A stretch of DNA of 63,754 nucleotides, filler included, from Intoshia linei (lineage: Eukaryota; Animalia; Orthonectida): assembly GCA_001642005.1 (NCBI GenBank). It is 7 parts of 7 records of this genome, joined end to end, with 100 filler letters (N's around TTAATTAATTAA, not from the genome) between each part and the next. Parts side by side here need not be neighbours in the genome. Positions count along the whole stretch, not along the records: positions 7,815 to 11,977 come from LWCA01001978.1; positions 12,078 to 22,303 come from LWCA01001292.1; positions 22,404 to 45,699 come from LWCA01000564.1; 4 more parts are not named here. The stretch is one strand, 5' to 3'. A program made the translations under genes and the position numbers. Position 1 is the first letter of the stretch; the number at the start of each line of letters is the position of its first letter. Below, piece by piece: positions 11,834 to 26,339 of the stretch. The notes beneath the pieces are model-generated. The model searched no databases. It was not told the DNA's origin and was given only the letters and a program-made list of their open reading frames with translations.

Positions 11834-13526
11834 GACATATAGGTAAAAATGTAATTCATTCCTTCGCAATTTTTATTCAATTCATTTTAATTAAAATTTA
11901 AATAAGAAACTAAAACAACTTTATTAATATCATTTATATATTACAATCCTTTGCAATAATGGTAAAATTCGACTAAANNNNNNNNNNNNNNNNNNNNNNN
12001 NNNNNNNNNNNNNNNNNNNNNTTAATTAATTAANNNNNNNNNNNNNNNNNNNNNNNNNNNNNNNNNNNNNNNNNNNNACAATTTTAAAATTATTTGTACA
12101 CTTATTCCATTCTTATTGTTGTTTATTTTATTATATGAATGAAAATTTATTAAAACTTAGTAATAACAATTTTTGGAGTAAAGATTATTTTGTGCGGCCC
12201 TTTTACATTATTATACTATTTTATGAATATTAACAATAACAATAAATTGGTTGAAAATGATAATTGTTTATTTGTATAAAGTAATTTATTTGTTATTGTT
12301 GATATTTATTCATTTTCAAAATTTGATTATTTAACTATACGATATATAGTATATAACCACGGTTCGCAAATTAAATTTCAATTTTTTAAACTTACAGCTT
12401 ACGGGTTAAAACCACAAATTTTCTGTATTTTTAAAAAATTAAAATAGTTAGAGAATTTAAAAAAATAACCTTGAAAGTTGACTACCTCCATATAAACACG
12501 ACATTTGATATTTATAGAATGGATAATATTCGTTGATAATAAACATATTAACATAATATTTTTGTAATATCTAGCTTTATTGTAAATAATTTGATAAAAT
12601 AGGTCTCTTTTACAAAGATTACTGATATATTAAAAGTTCTTCATTTTTAAAAAAACATTCTAAAAATATCTCTTCTACGCAACACCCGAATGTTGGGATT
12701 CGGAATGTAATGGCGACATACAGAGCATGTAAACCATATACACATTTGTACTTATCACATATTTCTACATCAGAATAGAAATATGTAGAGATGTGTCAAA
12801 ACGTCAAATTGTAGCTATAAAACAATTTATATACAAACTGTTTGTATACTTCACTAAACTAACCGATATAAATCATTCAAAATAAATGTATAATATTTAT
12901 TGTTGATACGTTCTTGCATAAATTAATATTTTCTATATTTTTTCAACAAAACACAATACCCGTATGTCTAGTTTCGACTACAAAAATAAAGAAACTAAAC
13001 GTGTCAACTGGAAGTAAAAAGTTTGAACATTTAAAATTAAAAAATTGACAAATGATTGAATTGAAAAAAAACAAAGAAAATTATTAAAAAGTTGAATCAA
13101 CATGTCAGGTTTTAAATAATGCAAAATAGCTTGTTAAATAATTGAAAGTTAATTAGCGTAATTAAACAATGAGCTAATCTAAATATGCACCCTGTAATTA
13201 ATACCATGGTATGGCATAAATAATACCTTGTAAATAAATTTAACAAAATTGCATAATTAAGTATTTTCTCATGATCGATATTATTGATAGACTCCGGAAC
13301 ATTAAAGAACTCATTATTGGTAAACCGTTTTTAAAAATATGGTATCAAAAACTATTTTGTTTATATTATAAAACGAAATTGTTTACAATTAAATTACAAA
13401 TAATATAATGACCTAAAAATGGTTATTATTAATTAATATCTCCGACATATATGAATTTTACCAAGTTTATTAAAACTAAAATACATTTTAGACAGTTTGA
13501 ATCGAGATTGTATTGATTTTCGGAAA

Positions 13527-16500
13527 ATGAGGTGTACGAATTTTGATGATAAATTACCTGAAATACCAAGAAATATCCCACTATTTAAACTTCAAAGTTT
13601 TCCTTTTATTAGATCAACGTCTTTTTCCAATTTTACATCCAATAGGCAAGGGTTCGGGTTGGAATTGTATCAAAACACAATACCAAAAAATATTTTACAG
13701 AAAACTGATTTTAAATCAGAGTTTATCAGTTTGCCTTACAATAATGTATGTATTCAGAATAGACCAAATGTTTATGAATGGTTTGATCATAATGCCAAAA
13801 ATATCAACACTGCAGAACGGGTCAAATCTGCTTCAGAAAAAATTATACAGGAAGTAATTTTAATTTTTTAATTTAAGAGTATTCAGTGTGCCAATTATTC
13901 CAGATTTGATTAATCAGGATTGGAATACATATATTTTAGTTGTTTGTTATTTATCCAATGATTTTTAGTTTATTAATTACTTTTCATAATAAAATGGCCA
14001 ACTCAACCTTAATAATGTCCATAATTTTCCGTTCATAGGTCTGGCCCCGGTTTAATGTATTCAATTTAGACAAAATCAATATGCCGATTCACTGAGGAAG
14101 AGATTAATGAAAGGCAAAACGTGACAAGAAAGCATTTATCTTGTCGTTTGAAGAGTCTAAATTTTTGGAAAAATGAAATAACCAGAGAAGTAAATCTTTT
14201 ATGTGATGACAGCTACAATTTAACCCTGCAATTGCAAAAATTGAAACAATTTATTAGATACACACATAATATTTTAAAAATCACAACTGAATGCCGGATT
14301 CAAAGAAAAAAAAGAAAATCGGTTGATTTAATTAACGACACTGTTCAGGAATTGTTAGAAAAAGAAGTCGAAATATGTCAAGAGTGGACAAGAAAATTAT
14401 CTGATGTTGTTACTGATATGGAAAATAAATTAAAGTAATATTTCAGTAATTAGTAATCATTCATTAGAAAAAACGACAAAGCTAAGAGTATTCTAATGTA
14501 CAATTTGAAAAATAAAAATAGTGCAATAGATTTGGATGACACATGCTATCACTTAAATAACTCGTTCAGTGAGGTTAAAATAATTGAAAATTGCGACGAG
14601 AATACGCCGTAATTTTTTAAAATTTTAGTGTAACCATTAGGGGTGTGAACGAATTTTTATATCAAAAGTAAACCCTTCCACCATATAAAAATTTTGAAAA
14701 TATTCAATTTGCACCCAATCTTACCTCTTAACTGTTAAAAAAACCCTGAGGCATCGCTTCTAAAATTTTGAACAATATATTGCTCACAGTAACTAATTTA
14801 TGACAATTTTTTTAAAAATATTATTTTAAATATAAAATTTTTTATACAAATAGCTATAAAGATGCGCAAAATTATCGTCTAGCGAATCATGAACGCCGAA
14901 TTTTAAAAAAAACCAATTCCAATAAAAAAACTGAATAAATATACAAAAATATGTTCATTATTCATATTTTGAAGTACTTTGCCCCAGGTTTTTTTTTAAT
15001 CCTTTTTATATAATTAATTGATAATTGTCTATCATTCAACCCCATCCTCCACGTATGGGGTGGCACTTTTGTATTTTCGCAAAAAAGTGAAAAACAATTC
15101 ACACCCTAGTAACCATACATTATAAAAAAATTCCACTTTAAAATATTGAAAATAAATGTGTCGTTAAAATGATAATTTAATTTTTTGACATTGAAGAAAT
15201 GAAACATTGAAATTTTAGAGATTGACATATGGAGGTTCAATGTTGGTCGTTTGATTAAAGGGTTCGTAAAAAATTAGGAGCCACATCAAATTAATTTTTT
15301 TTATTCAATTAGCAACAATTCAAACATCAAATTCAATTACATTATAAAATAAAATAAAGTATACTTATATAAATACCCTGTATGCTTTCAAAGCATTGCT
15401 TTGCAATATTTTTGTGTGTGTTATCGTTTATTTCAATAACTACCAGTCTTAGAATTTTATAAAGTCCACATTTCAATTACAGTTTTTTCCTAGTTGTTAG
15501 CAAAATAAATTGCAACTTCCCACACTCCCATTTTACCGCTCAAAAAGCCCAATTGTCCCTTTTTTTTGAAAATCAAACTAGTTCGAGAATTTAAAAAAAT
15601 GTATACTTTGATACGCATTTTAAAATCATAAATACTATCATAAATTTAAATTTCAGAAAAATATATCTTCAGGGTCAAAACCACAAATTACCCTTTTTTT
15701 AATCAAAACAGCCCTAGAATATTAAAAAATGTACAGGTGATACAGTTTTAACTTTATTTTTAATATTATACACACATTCTGTCTAATAAATTAAAAAAAT
15801 GGGATAATTGTTTTTAAAATTCTTTACGCAAATGTTATCAAAAAAAATTTAGACGGAATAATTCACTTTAAAGTAAAAAGTAATGTGATATGATTGTTCC
15901 ACCTGAAACAAATTTTGGAACCACTTCTTTAAAGGATTGATAATAGTGAATAGTAGGATTTTTAAATTAGATTTTCAACGTAAATTTATTTTTTTGGTAG
16001 AATAAAAATGTGACCTCGGTCGAGCTAGGTCCTGTTTGTACGTAGTACATAACCGTTAACCTAGTGTTGTATAAAATTTTAATACTTTTATCATTTTTAA
16101 AAAAAAAGTAATTTGTGGTTTTTACTATGAATGTGTGCGTTTCTGAGGCTGAAATTTACGATAATGTTAATGATTTTAAAACACGTCTCAGAATTTATGT
16201 TTTTATTAATTTTGAGGCTGATTTTATTTATATAAAAAAGGGGAACTTGGATTTTTTACACTGAAGGACTCAAATACAGAACATGAAACTTAGATATAAA
16301 CATCACCCGCGAAGAACTGTATTAGATATTGGATTTTTTAAATTCTACGACTGTTAATTTTTTAAATAAATAGTAACATACAGACAAACAATACACTCAA
16401 TTGTATATAAGATACTGTAAAGGATAACATAGACGTTCCTACATTTTTTTCACGGCGGACCGGTAATAAATAATTTAGGTACATAACAATTGAAGAATGG

Positions 16501-17627
16501 GAATCTGAAGTAAACAACAGTATACTTAATTCTCAATCCGAAAGAGCCGCTTCGTCAGATTTATGCATAAATTGTCAATCGATGATTAATAAATGTGCCT
16601 CAATAATCATACATCATTGGAATCAAGTTAATACTGAATTTTCAATGCGAACTAAACAAGTCATTGATATTAAAAACAAGACACAGCACTACCTCAATCA
16701 AGTTTTTTTTCAAATTAATCAACCCAACTAACGTACAGTAAATGTAAAATAAGAATCTTCGGGCACACCACAATAAAAATAAACAGTAGTTTTTACTTTT
16801 TAAATTATGTAATTACAAATTTCTAACTACATTTTATTCGACTAAACGTGGGCTTGATTTTTCAACCAAAAAAAAATTTTGGTTAAACCATTTAAATTTT
16901 AGATTGTATCCAAAATAACGAAATTATCAACAAATATAGAATGTATAAAATGTGCCCTTCTCCAAAAAGATTTCCCACTACGATTAGCAAAAGTACGATT
17001 ATCTTTGAGGAAGAGACGACCGAACGGTGAGCTATGCAATGACAATGTTAACTTTGGGTAATATAAAAAAATATTAATTTTACGTGATAAAAATTATTAA
17101 ATTTGTACAAATCTTGGACTATATAAGAAAAAATTTGCTAAAACCCCTTACATACCACCAACCACCTTTAGTAATATACCACCAATAATATGATCAAAAT
17201 TATGACTAGTCATTTGGTCCTGATAATTACAAAAAAATTGCAAATATTTTGTTAACATGGTTGGTCCTGAAACGAGACAGCCAAATTACGACTAAAAAGT
17301 ATAATTTATACCAAAATTATTTTTCTAAATAAATTTCACATACATATAAATGTATCGTGGGTCGTGAAATCAAAGTGTCTACTTACTACATCCAATATAC
17401 ATTTTTGTAGGTTAAGAGAAGAATTAAATTATCTAATGGAATCAAAAAAAAAGTTGCAAGACAAGCTTGACTATTCAATAAAGATATTGAATGAATTGAT
17501 AATATCAAAAAAAGAACTTCAAAAAGATATAATAATTAAAAACCATTCAATATTCATAGACCGTGAAAAGTGTATGACACTACGTGGCACATTTTCACTG
17601 AAACCAATGTTGGAATCTTATTATTAG
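13527..17627 (+). CDS. Tektin (ciliary microtubule inner protein), 6 exons
   Basis: Exons ~13527-13853, 14070-14434, 14468-14608, 16479-16701, 16903-17057, 17411-17627; LNFWKNEI, ECRIQRKKRKSVDLINDTV, signature RRPNGELCND, IIIKNHSIFIDREKCMTLR; paralogue not assigned; start codon uncertain. Confidence 0.92.
14638..15108. mobile_element. hAT-type MITE in tektin intron 3
   Basis: TIRs TAGGGGTGTGAA / TTCACACCCTA; perfect 8-bp TSD GTAACCAT (14630-14637, 15109-15116). Confidence 0.9.
15361..16064 (+). mobile_element. Non-autonomous Helitron-like element
   Basis: 5' TACTTATATAA..TGTGTG module; ~130-bp internal subrepeats; 3' hairpin CTGTTTGTACGTAGTACATAAC followed by CTAG|T. Confidence 0.8.
16075..16425 (-). 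mobile_element. Helitron-like element, 5' part (inverted relative to the preceding copy)
   Basis: Reverse complement of the family 5' module and subrepeats (..aaaaccacaaattac..). Confidence 0.7.
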
Positions 17628-17699
17628 CAACTTTGATATAATTTGCAATTTAAAATAAACATTGAAAATTTATTGCGTATAAATGATACAATTAATAAA

Positions 17700-20600
17700 T
17701 TAACCCATTAATGACAATACATGGTTAAAAAAAATTTCAGATACGGTTGCATCTCTAACAACCAAATTAGGATATGTTTCTCTTAGTTTCATTTCGTCGA
17801 TTGTACCATGTCTATCGTAAAATTCAATACCAATTATTTTAACTAAAAATATAAATTTACTGTGTTTTTTTACATTAGAATATAAATTACCAGGAAATTT
17901 GCCTACAATCATTTCTTTGAATATTCTTTGTATATCGTCCTTTTTTAAATTTAATTCCCAGCATTTTATAATTGGTGTCTAAATCAAGACAGAATACAGA
18001 CTGTAATGTAATATAAATTACTTTGAGTTCGTTAATAAAAGCAGTGACGATGTCTACAGTATCATAAATTGCTACAAATTTAGTCTAGTATACATTATAA
18101 TTTGGTATTATTCTAGAATACATATTTGTTGTCAAGGTAATGATGATTTCCTAGAGTTTTTGGGATAAATTCATTTTGATGCAAATAATGCTTGGAACCA
18201 GAATTTAACAAACAAGCATTCAGATCCAAAACATTGTCCATTGAAATTTGATCATTCTAAAATTTTCACATTTAAAATGTATTTTTTTAGAGTACAAAAT
18301 GATTATTTATTTTACCTTCAAGAGTTTAAAATTTGGATCTTCCTTATTTGGTGTGAAATCATATACATCGTACCAATTGTTGTTAAATATGCTCATTTCT
18401 GCTTTATTCAATTGTTCTTTTAAATCTTCATGAAAAAATTGGTAACATGAGAAGGTAATGTCGGAACAAGATTCAATAATAGGTTTGGTGGTACAATGTA
18501 CGTTGACTGTAATGTTCTGACAGTCTCTAGCCCGAAATTGTTGCACACTACACACCAAACAACAATCTGATGAATTTCGAATAAATAAGCTATAAATTTA
18601 CTGTACATGTATAAAATGTGTCAATTAAATATAATTAAATCAGTACATATTAAATATTACGATTGTTTATTCTTGACAAAATTCTATATTTACCTTAAAG
18701 AGGGTCTGAATTTAAAAAAACAAAAATTATAGGATCGTTTTTTTTGATTAAGAAAGTAACATACATTTGAATTTCAGAAAGTGACATCTTCTCGATCGAA
18801 AACACAAATGACCCCTTTTACACTGTTACACTTACTGTAACACTCAGATACGGACTATTGTACAATCACATGCAAACTAGTTCATTTATAATACATGTAT
18901 CAAAATAGTATGTATATTGTTGATATGTATATAGTTCGTATCTAAGTGCATAGCACTGTAATAAAAAAACAAAAACATGAAATGTCCTTAAACTTAAATT
19001 ATAATACGTTTTAGTACCATACTTAAGGTTAATGCAGTATCATAAATTGTATTGTCTGAAAAATGCATCTTCAAGGTGAAAACCACATTATCCATTACGT
19101 TGAAAAATAAAAAATGAAATATCCTAGAATTGAAAAAAATAAATATGGTTAATGCAGATTTTCACTGTTAACATACAGAAAAAAATTAATTTCAAAAATC
19201 TACATCCTACTGGTCAAAAACGAACCCTTTATTAATATAAAATTGAATATCAGTGTGTCTGTGTTACCGTTTAATTAAAAAATAACAGTTCTAGAATTTA
19301 ATAACCACCAATTTCTAACAGGGTTTTTCGCAGAGGATGTTGATATCTATGGTTGATGTTCCGAATTTAAGTTCTTCAGGGTCAAAAAACCAATTCCCCC
19401 CTTTTTTTTTAAAATAAAATCAGACCAAAAATGTAATTAAAAATAAATTCTGCACGAGTTTTAAAATCATTAATATTTTCATAAATCTCAGCCTTAGAAA
19501 CGCATATCTTCATGATCAAAAACCTAAATTTCCTTTTTTTTAAAAATAATAAAAGTCCTATAATATTATACAACACAAATCCTGGGATAGTTTTTAAAAT
19601 CATAAACATTATCATAAATCGCAAATCCAAAAAAGTGCATTTTCATGATCACAACTCTAGATTACCCTTTTTATAAAAAATGAAAACAGATCTAAAATTT
19701 TAAAAAAAAGTATAGATGATACAGTTATGTTCAGTTAACACACACAAAAAATTTCAACCTGACAAAGTGACATCTTCACGCTCAAAGAAACACTTTAGTA
19801 TTAATTTTTTTTATTTCGTTATTATTTTAACAAAAAATTAAAATAATGAATGGTTTTAAAATTATAAAAAAGTTATTCTGATACAGCTTATTTCAGTTGA
19901 TAAAGATACAAAATTTCAACCCCAGAAATCTTCGCATTCCCGGTGAAAAATATTTTTAATATATTATCAACCAATATTTTTCAAATTTTTGGATTAACAA
20001 AAGTAAAACTGAAAATGTAAATATTCATCCTATAATTTCCCAAAAAATTTGAATTGACTGTATAAATATTTGAAATACACAAATATTGGTTTCAATCTTA
20101 AAAATTAACTTCTTAATTAATTTTTTATCATTGCTACACATTTTCTCATTTTCAAAAATTTTAGAATCAAATTAAGTATAACTTTGTTATTAACATTATA
20201 ATATTTATTTCAATATTGATAACATTCCATAGTCCAAAAAATATTCTTAAATGGGCTGCATCCGTTATCAATAACATTTAAGATAATTAAGATGATACTC
20301 ATTTTTTGTAATAAATTAAAAGTTCTCCCTCGGCAGAGGTAGCTGCTGTTTGTACGAAATACATAACAGTCAAGCTAGTTTAAAATAAAATGTTAGAAAA
20401 ACAAAAAAAAATTTGTTTAGAAAGTGAAAATTTTGCTTTTAGAATGTAATTTAGTTTAAGAAACGTAAAATTTCACAAACTCCACTTTCTGTCATACTTT
20501 TTTACTTTCATTTCAAAAAAAGGATTTAGTCTGATGAATTTACATATTAACGATATAGGGAAAAAATTAAAAATAAAAATTTTTTCTATCACATTCATCC

Positions 20601-21174
20601 ACCAATTACTTCTTTTCTATATACACTATATATAAATAATTTTTACCTCGATTTGACTGGGCTTAAAAATATTTTTGAATTTTTAACATTATCCAATGTA
20701 ACAGTTGAAATATTATCAAGAACAATAATATTACATCTCTAAATTTTTAAATTTGGAATAATTTCATTATTCGATAAATATATTACGCAAATGTTATTGA
20801 TCAATAGTCGTCCTCCGTCAACATCTCCAGGGTACTTGATGACAGTTTCGCTAGTTAAATTTTCGATAGCATATTTTGATCTGTCAATTTTTATTTTTTT
20901 ATCCCTATAAATGTAATTTTATTCAAATATGAGTTTCCATATAAAAATACAAACCTGTACTATCTGTGATGTCTAGCACAGAAAAAATTACATTTTATAA
21001 AAAAAATATAAAGTATAAATTAAAAAATAAAATCTTTAATTACCATGAATACGTTGGATTAGGATTTTCATTTATAGAAACATGAGTATTCAAATCTTGT
21101 TTTTCTTGTGAACCATACAATTTTGAACAAAGACTAGCCATGCAATGTAGTATTCTAGATGCTACATTACCCAT
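17700..21174 (-). CDS. RP2: RP2/XRP2 (Arl3 GAP, TBCC domain)
   Basis: MGNVAS (myristoylation-type start)..PTYSW|DKK..; VQQFRARDCQNITVNVHCTTKPIIESC..FNNNWYDVYDFTP with arginine-finger QQFR; ~2-kb TE-filled intron at 18591-20646. Confidence 0.92.
19226..20378 (+). mobile_element. Helitron-like element in RP2 intron
   Basis: 5' module; three ~133-bp subrepeats starting near 19374, 19508, 19641; 3' hairpin CTGTTTGTACGAAATACATAACAG plus CTAG|T at 20375-20379. Confidence 0.78.
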
Positions 21175-21668
21175 ACTTAATGTTATTATCACCGGGAAAA
21201 AATTAATTTGTTTGTTGGATTTTGTCGTCAAGTATATGTCAAAATAAAAAATATTACAAAAAATTAATTTCACTTTACAACGCAACAAATATAATTAAAC
21301 TAAATTAAATAGGCGTCTATAGCTTTTATTTACAAAATTATAAAGTCTGTTTATATTTAGTTTGAGCGTGAATTTGTAATTATTCTTTTGTAAAAATAAT
21401 TCCAGTTTGAATTAATGACAAATTTGAAATTTCAACATATTTCAATGAGATTTGTGTTTTATAATAGTTTGAATTGACTGTTTTGTACTTTGTACAAACA
21501 GTAGCTAGTTCTGCCCAATCTAGCTAATTTTTTACAGATTGAAAAAAATAACGTTAAAGAAATGTACATGCGTACTTAAAATAAATATATAACATACTAA
21601 CTAAAAAATGAATTTTAGAAAAAAATAAAATAAAATTGTAAATATCTAATATAGTGTGGGTCCAGTAG

Positions 21669-22303
21669 TCCTAACTTATATAAAAGGCTACGCGATTTTT
21701 GTTTGTGTGTTACACTTTATTTAAATAAATACCCGTTTTAAAATTTTTTGAAGATCACATCTCAATTTAGTTTTTTCCGGGATGTATATTAAGATAAATT
21801 TCTACTTCCCAATTTCACATCTGACGGGTCAAAAACCCCAGTTGTCCCTTTTGTTCCTCTTTTTGAAAATTAAACGAGTTTGAGAATTTAAAAAAAATAT
21901 AGAAGCTAATACGGATTTTAAAATCATAAAGATTATCATAAATTTAAATTAAAAAAAATTATATCTTCAGGGTCAAAACCACAAATTACCCTTTTTTTTT
22001 AATGAAAACAGCCCTAGAATTTCAAACAATTTACAGGTGGTACAGTTGTATCCTGTTAACACACATAAAAAATTTCAATCCAGTACAGTTGTATCCTGTT
22101 AACACACATAAAAAATTTCAATCCGAATAAGTGACGACCTTCACGGTAAAAAAATCATTTTAGTATTCATATATATTTTTTCCGTAATATTTTATTAAAA
22201 CAAAAAAATGTGAAATAATTAACGGTCCGAAAATTAAAAAAAAATAAAGATTCTGATAGAGCTTATTCCAGTTGATATAAATACAAAATTTCAACTCCAG
22301 AAA
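21669..22303 (+). mobile_element. Helitron-like element (5' and body), cut by gap
   Basis: TCCTAACTTATATAA..TTTGTTTGTGTG start; body highly similar to 39779-40528; internal 43-bp tandem duplication at 22041-22124. Confidence 0.75.
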
Positions 22304-22434
22304 NNNNNNNNNNNNNNNNNNNNNNNNNNNNNNNNNNNNNNNNNNNNTTAATTAATTAANNNNNNNNNNNNNNNNNNNNNNNNNNNNNNNNNNNNNNNNN
22401 NNNAATTATAAAAAAATATTAATAATAACATAAT

Positions 22435-22940
22435 AATAAATTCTCACTTTGAATTTAGTTGAAATTTTTCCTCTCATTTTGAATTTAATTATTCTTACAT
22501 TGATTGTAATTGTTATCACATTGACAATCGTTATTCCATTTTGAATTTAGCTATTTTTACATTGACTGTGATTATTGTTACTTCGAAGTTAAATATGATA
22601 ATTTTCAAAATGAATTTATATTTTTATTTCGAAACTATATTATGGTTAATTGAACCTGCGAATAACAGTGATATTTTGATCAAGTTAAACTCAGAAAATT
22701 CGAATATTTTTCTTAAATATACACTTTAAACGTAAAAAAAATATATCATAGGTAGTGCGATTCAACAATATTACGTTTCCCGTTAATTACAATTTAATTG
22801 TTGGTCAAAATATACCAGAAACCCTTAATAATTTGATTATCACTTTGAAGTTAGTAATAATCACATTGCTTATCGTTATTTTATTGTGTTGCAAAATGTT
22901 ATCACATTGAATTTAGTTATTATCATATCGATAGTGAAAT
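22435..22940. repeat. Degenerate ~21-bp minisatellite (ATTATCACATTGAATTTAGTT-like) in two blocks
   Basis: Repeated ..tcacattga../..tcactttga.. cores at ~20-21 nt period in 22435-22615 and 22835-22940. Confidence 0.6.
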
Positions 22941-23264
22941 GGTATAGATGAAAAATTTAAGCCTACCTCAAATAATTTTTTTTAATGTAAACACACATTC
23001 ATATCAGTGGCGACTCTGACTCAAAAACTACATTCGTAAATTTTAAGTGTATCTATAAGTAATAATCATTGAGTATGAGTCTTGGATATGATTTACGGTA
23101 GGTCACTTAAATTGAAATATTTAGATTTTATTTGCTAGGGAATGGTTCTATATAACTCCACTATGTCTCAGCACGAGTGGGAGAATCGCCACTTCTATAT
23201 TAATGTAGAAGAGGGGGAAATAACCATAGAAAAATATTTTTATTGGTAAATTAAATTTCATTTA

Positions 23265-23620
23265 TCCTTTACTTATATAAAAAACAATTTCTGTGTGTGT
23301 AACAATTTATTGAAACAATTGACAGTCGTAGTATTTAAAAAAATCCACTTTCTAATATAATTTTTTCAGAGTGTGTTTTTATCTATTTTTCAGTTTCAAA
23401 ATTTGAGTCCTGCAGGGTCAAAACCCAATTTCCCTTTTTGTTTAAAAAACAAATCAGCCCAAAAATTTAATAAAATATACAATCTGGGACGCGTTTCAAA
23501 ATCATTAACATTCCCGTTAATCTCAGTCTCAAAAAAGCATACTTCATGGTCAAAACCACAAATTACCTTTTGTTTTAAAAATGAAAAATCTTTATCTGAT
23601 TTGAAAATTTATTCCAAATA
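23265..23620 (+). mobile_element. Helitron-like element 5' fragment
   Basis: A|TCCTTTACTTATATAA..TGTGTGTG plus subrepeats (ggtcaaaaccacaaattacc). Confidence 0.7.
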
Positions 23621-24252
23621 AACTAAAAGTGATAGTACGTAATTTTCTGACCACTTTATCTTAGCCACTAAAGTAAGATGAAAATTAAATATTTTAAAGA
23701 ACTTTCCAGGGAAACAAAAACTACTTGAAATATCGCAAAAAAATTATGCTCATATTAGTAATATGATATTACCAGCTATATTTTTTTTATTATGAAAGTT
23801 TATTTAGCCTACTAAACAGCTTCATTACTCCCGTTTTCTGGTAAATACTCTGTTATTTTCCTGTTGCATAACTTATCATAATTTCGTTTTTTCGAAATGC
23901 CGAGAATGTCAGCTTGTAAAGAGATTCCTGTATACAAACTAAGTTGATATATCTATTTAACGTACAAATTTTGCATATTGGGAATTTTACAAATTACGAA
24001 ATAACTTTGATGTACATTAAAAAAGATACAAGAAGCAGATATATCAACATATTGCATAAATCGCACAATATAAAATCACAAGCAAAAATTTAAATAGACT
24101 ACAATAACGTATAAACTTATTTTGAGTTTGAAATCGATTTTCAAGTCATAGTGAAATATTTTTAGTTGGTATTGATTTGATATTGGTACAAATACATTAC
24201 AACTAAATTATAATTAATTAATAAATATCATTTGAGAAACATTAAAAGTAAA

Positions 24253-26098
24253 ATGAAAGGAATGCCAAATGGACTAAAGTTTTTATAAAAAAAACAATTT
24301 ACATTTATATAGCACTACAGATAAAAGTTATTATGAATTACTGGAATTACCTTCAAATTGTACAAAAGATGAAATTAACAAGGCTTATCGTAAGGTATCT
24401 TAGTTTTTTGTTTGTATTTATTATTTGTCAATCTACCTTATCAGTAAAAACTTGTGACTGCATACATAGACCTCTACATTCAATATTCGTCAATTTGAAA
24501 ATTTTGTCATTCAAACTTTGTTACAAACTTGTGTCCATCACGTTTTATTATCATTTCATTTATACAATTTTAAAATTTTAATGACCGACTCAATATATCC
24601 ATAAAAAAATTATACTGGTTAACGTTTTCGGTGCACAGTTTAATTTGTATTCCCATTATTTTTGCTATTCATTTTAAAATGTTAATTTTAGTTGGCTGTG
24701 AAACACCACCCAGATAAGAATATAGGAAAACCAGATTTCTCACCAGAAACTGTAATTTTTATAAACTTTGTAATTTACATTTTTCATGTGTATAGTTTAT
24801 TCGAATAAAACAAGCCAGAAATACTTTAATTGATGACGAAAAAAGAAAAGTGTATGACCAGTATGGAACTTTGGGTATATACATTGGAGAACAAGTTGGT
24901 TATTCCAGAGTTGCTACATACTTTATATTCACCAATCCTATTATTCAGGTATGTTATTTGATGATTTATTTATTCATATCTTTTTGCATATGACTTTTTC
25001 AATCTTTGCGCCATTGAAATTTAATGCTGGTCCAAAAAATTAATAAATGTAAAAAATGTAAAAAATTTTTGGGTAAAATTTTAATTTTCTACCTATATTA
25101 ATCTTTTATTTCAATTAGATTTATGTGGGTAATGTACCTAAAAGCGCTGGAAAAGTTCATTCGAATTTTTCCATCTGTTTATTTATATTCATTTAGGCTC
25201 TAATTGTTTGCTTTGGAGTTTTAACAGGATGTTTCTTTGGTTGTTTCTGCTGCTGCTTCTGCTGTTGTTTCTGTTTTGGCAAATGTAAACCTGCCAGAAA
25301 CATGGTATATTATAAATTCATTTATTTTATTTGGTGTAATGTTTATGGGTTATTTTTTATGGTTTTTGGGATGAGCGAAACATTTTATCAATTGTTATGT
25401 TCTTAACCTGTGTATCGGCACTCTTAGTATATGTCAAACAAATTATGTATACATGTTACCGTCCGTTTGGTGAATCATTCATTTTATTGTTTCAGGTAAT
25501 GTGAAGAATTTTGTCTAATTTTAAGAATTTTAAGAACTTAGTTTTTAAAACTTTTATCGATATTTGAAGGAAAAAATCTATTATCGTTTACTTATACAAA
25601 TTAAAAAATTAATGTTTGTGTGTTACAGTTTAATTCTAAAATTTAGAGGCCTAGAATTTAAATAACCCCATTTTCAATACAATTTTTCCAGAATACTATT
25701 TTATATCAAATTTAATTCTGAGTAATTAAGTCCTTTAGGTCAAAACCACAAATACCTTTTTTTTAATTAATCCTAAAATAATCAAAAAATCACATCTAAT
25801 TCAGTTATTTCTATTGAACATTCACAAATTGACGCCTTCATAGCCAAAACAGGATTTTTTTAACAATTTTTCTAAAACAAAATCTTCAATAATTAAATGT
25901 CTTTGAAACTTGGAAAAAGGTTAACAATCCTGAAATTGTGGTTTATGTTTTATTTTTGTATTGTATATTTTTTTATAGGATGACGATGACACAGTCGTGA
26001 CGGATGAACCTCAAGGCGAGGAAGACATTTTAAATCTTGAACCAAAGTTAATATCTCCTTTAAATATAGACAGTGATAAATATGAACGTCTAAATTAA
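24253..26098 (+). CDS. DNAJC5: Cysteine string protein (DnaJ C5), 6 exons
   Basis: J-domain YYELLELPSNCTKDEINKAYRK|LAVKHHPDKN; KRKVYDQYGTLG; cysteine string LTGCFFGCFCCCFCCCFCFGKCKP; stop TAA at 26096-26098. Confidence 0.93.
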
Positions 26099-26339
26099 TT
26101 TACAATCATTGTGCATTTCAACATTAAATCATTCCGTTTATTTTGATGGACATTGTACAATGTACATATACTGTAAAAAACTGTAAGAAGTGTTCACGTT
26201 TTAATAATCATTACCCAAAAGGGATCGAAGGTACAGTAGTTTTGACTGACTGAATAAAATTTAATAAGTTTATTTGATTTTAATTATAAATTATCACCGG
26301 GTACAATCAAAGGCCATCTGAGCAACTTTTATTTTTCAA

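Noticed and set aside
22041-22124. Perfect 43-bp tandem duplication
   Set aside because: Local slippage or assembly artefact within a repeat copy next to a gap
23373-23621. Short ORFs in repeats (also 19409-19630, 32262-32537, 37307-37498, 39795-39992, 41829-42044, 63231-63497)
   Set aside because: Chance frames within Helitron or MITE sequence with no protein motifs
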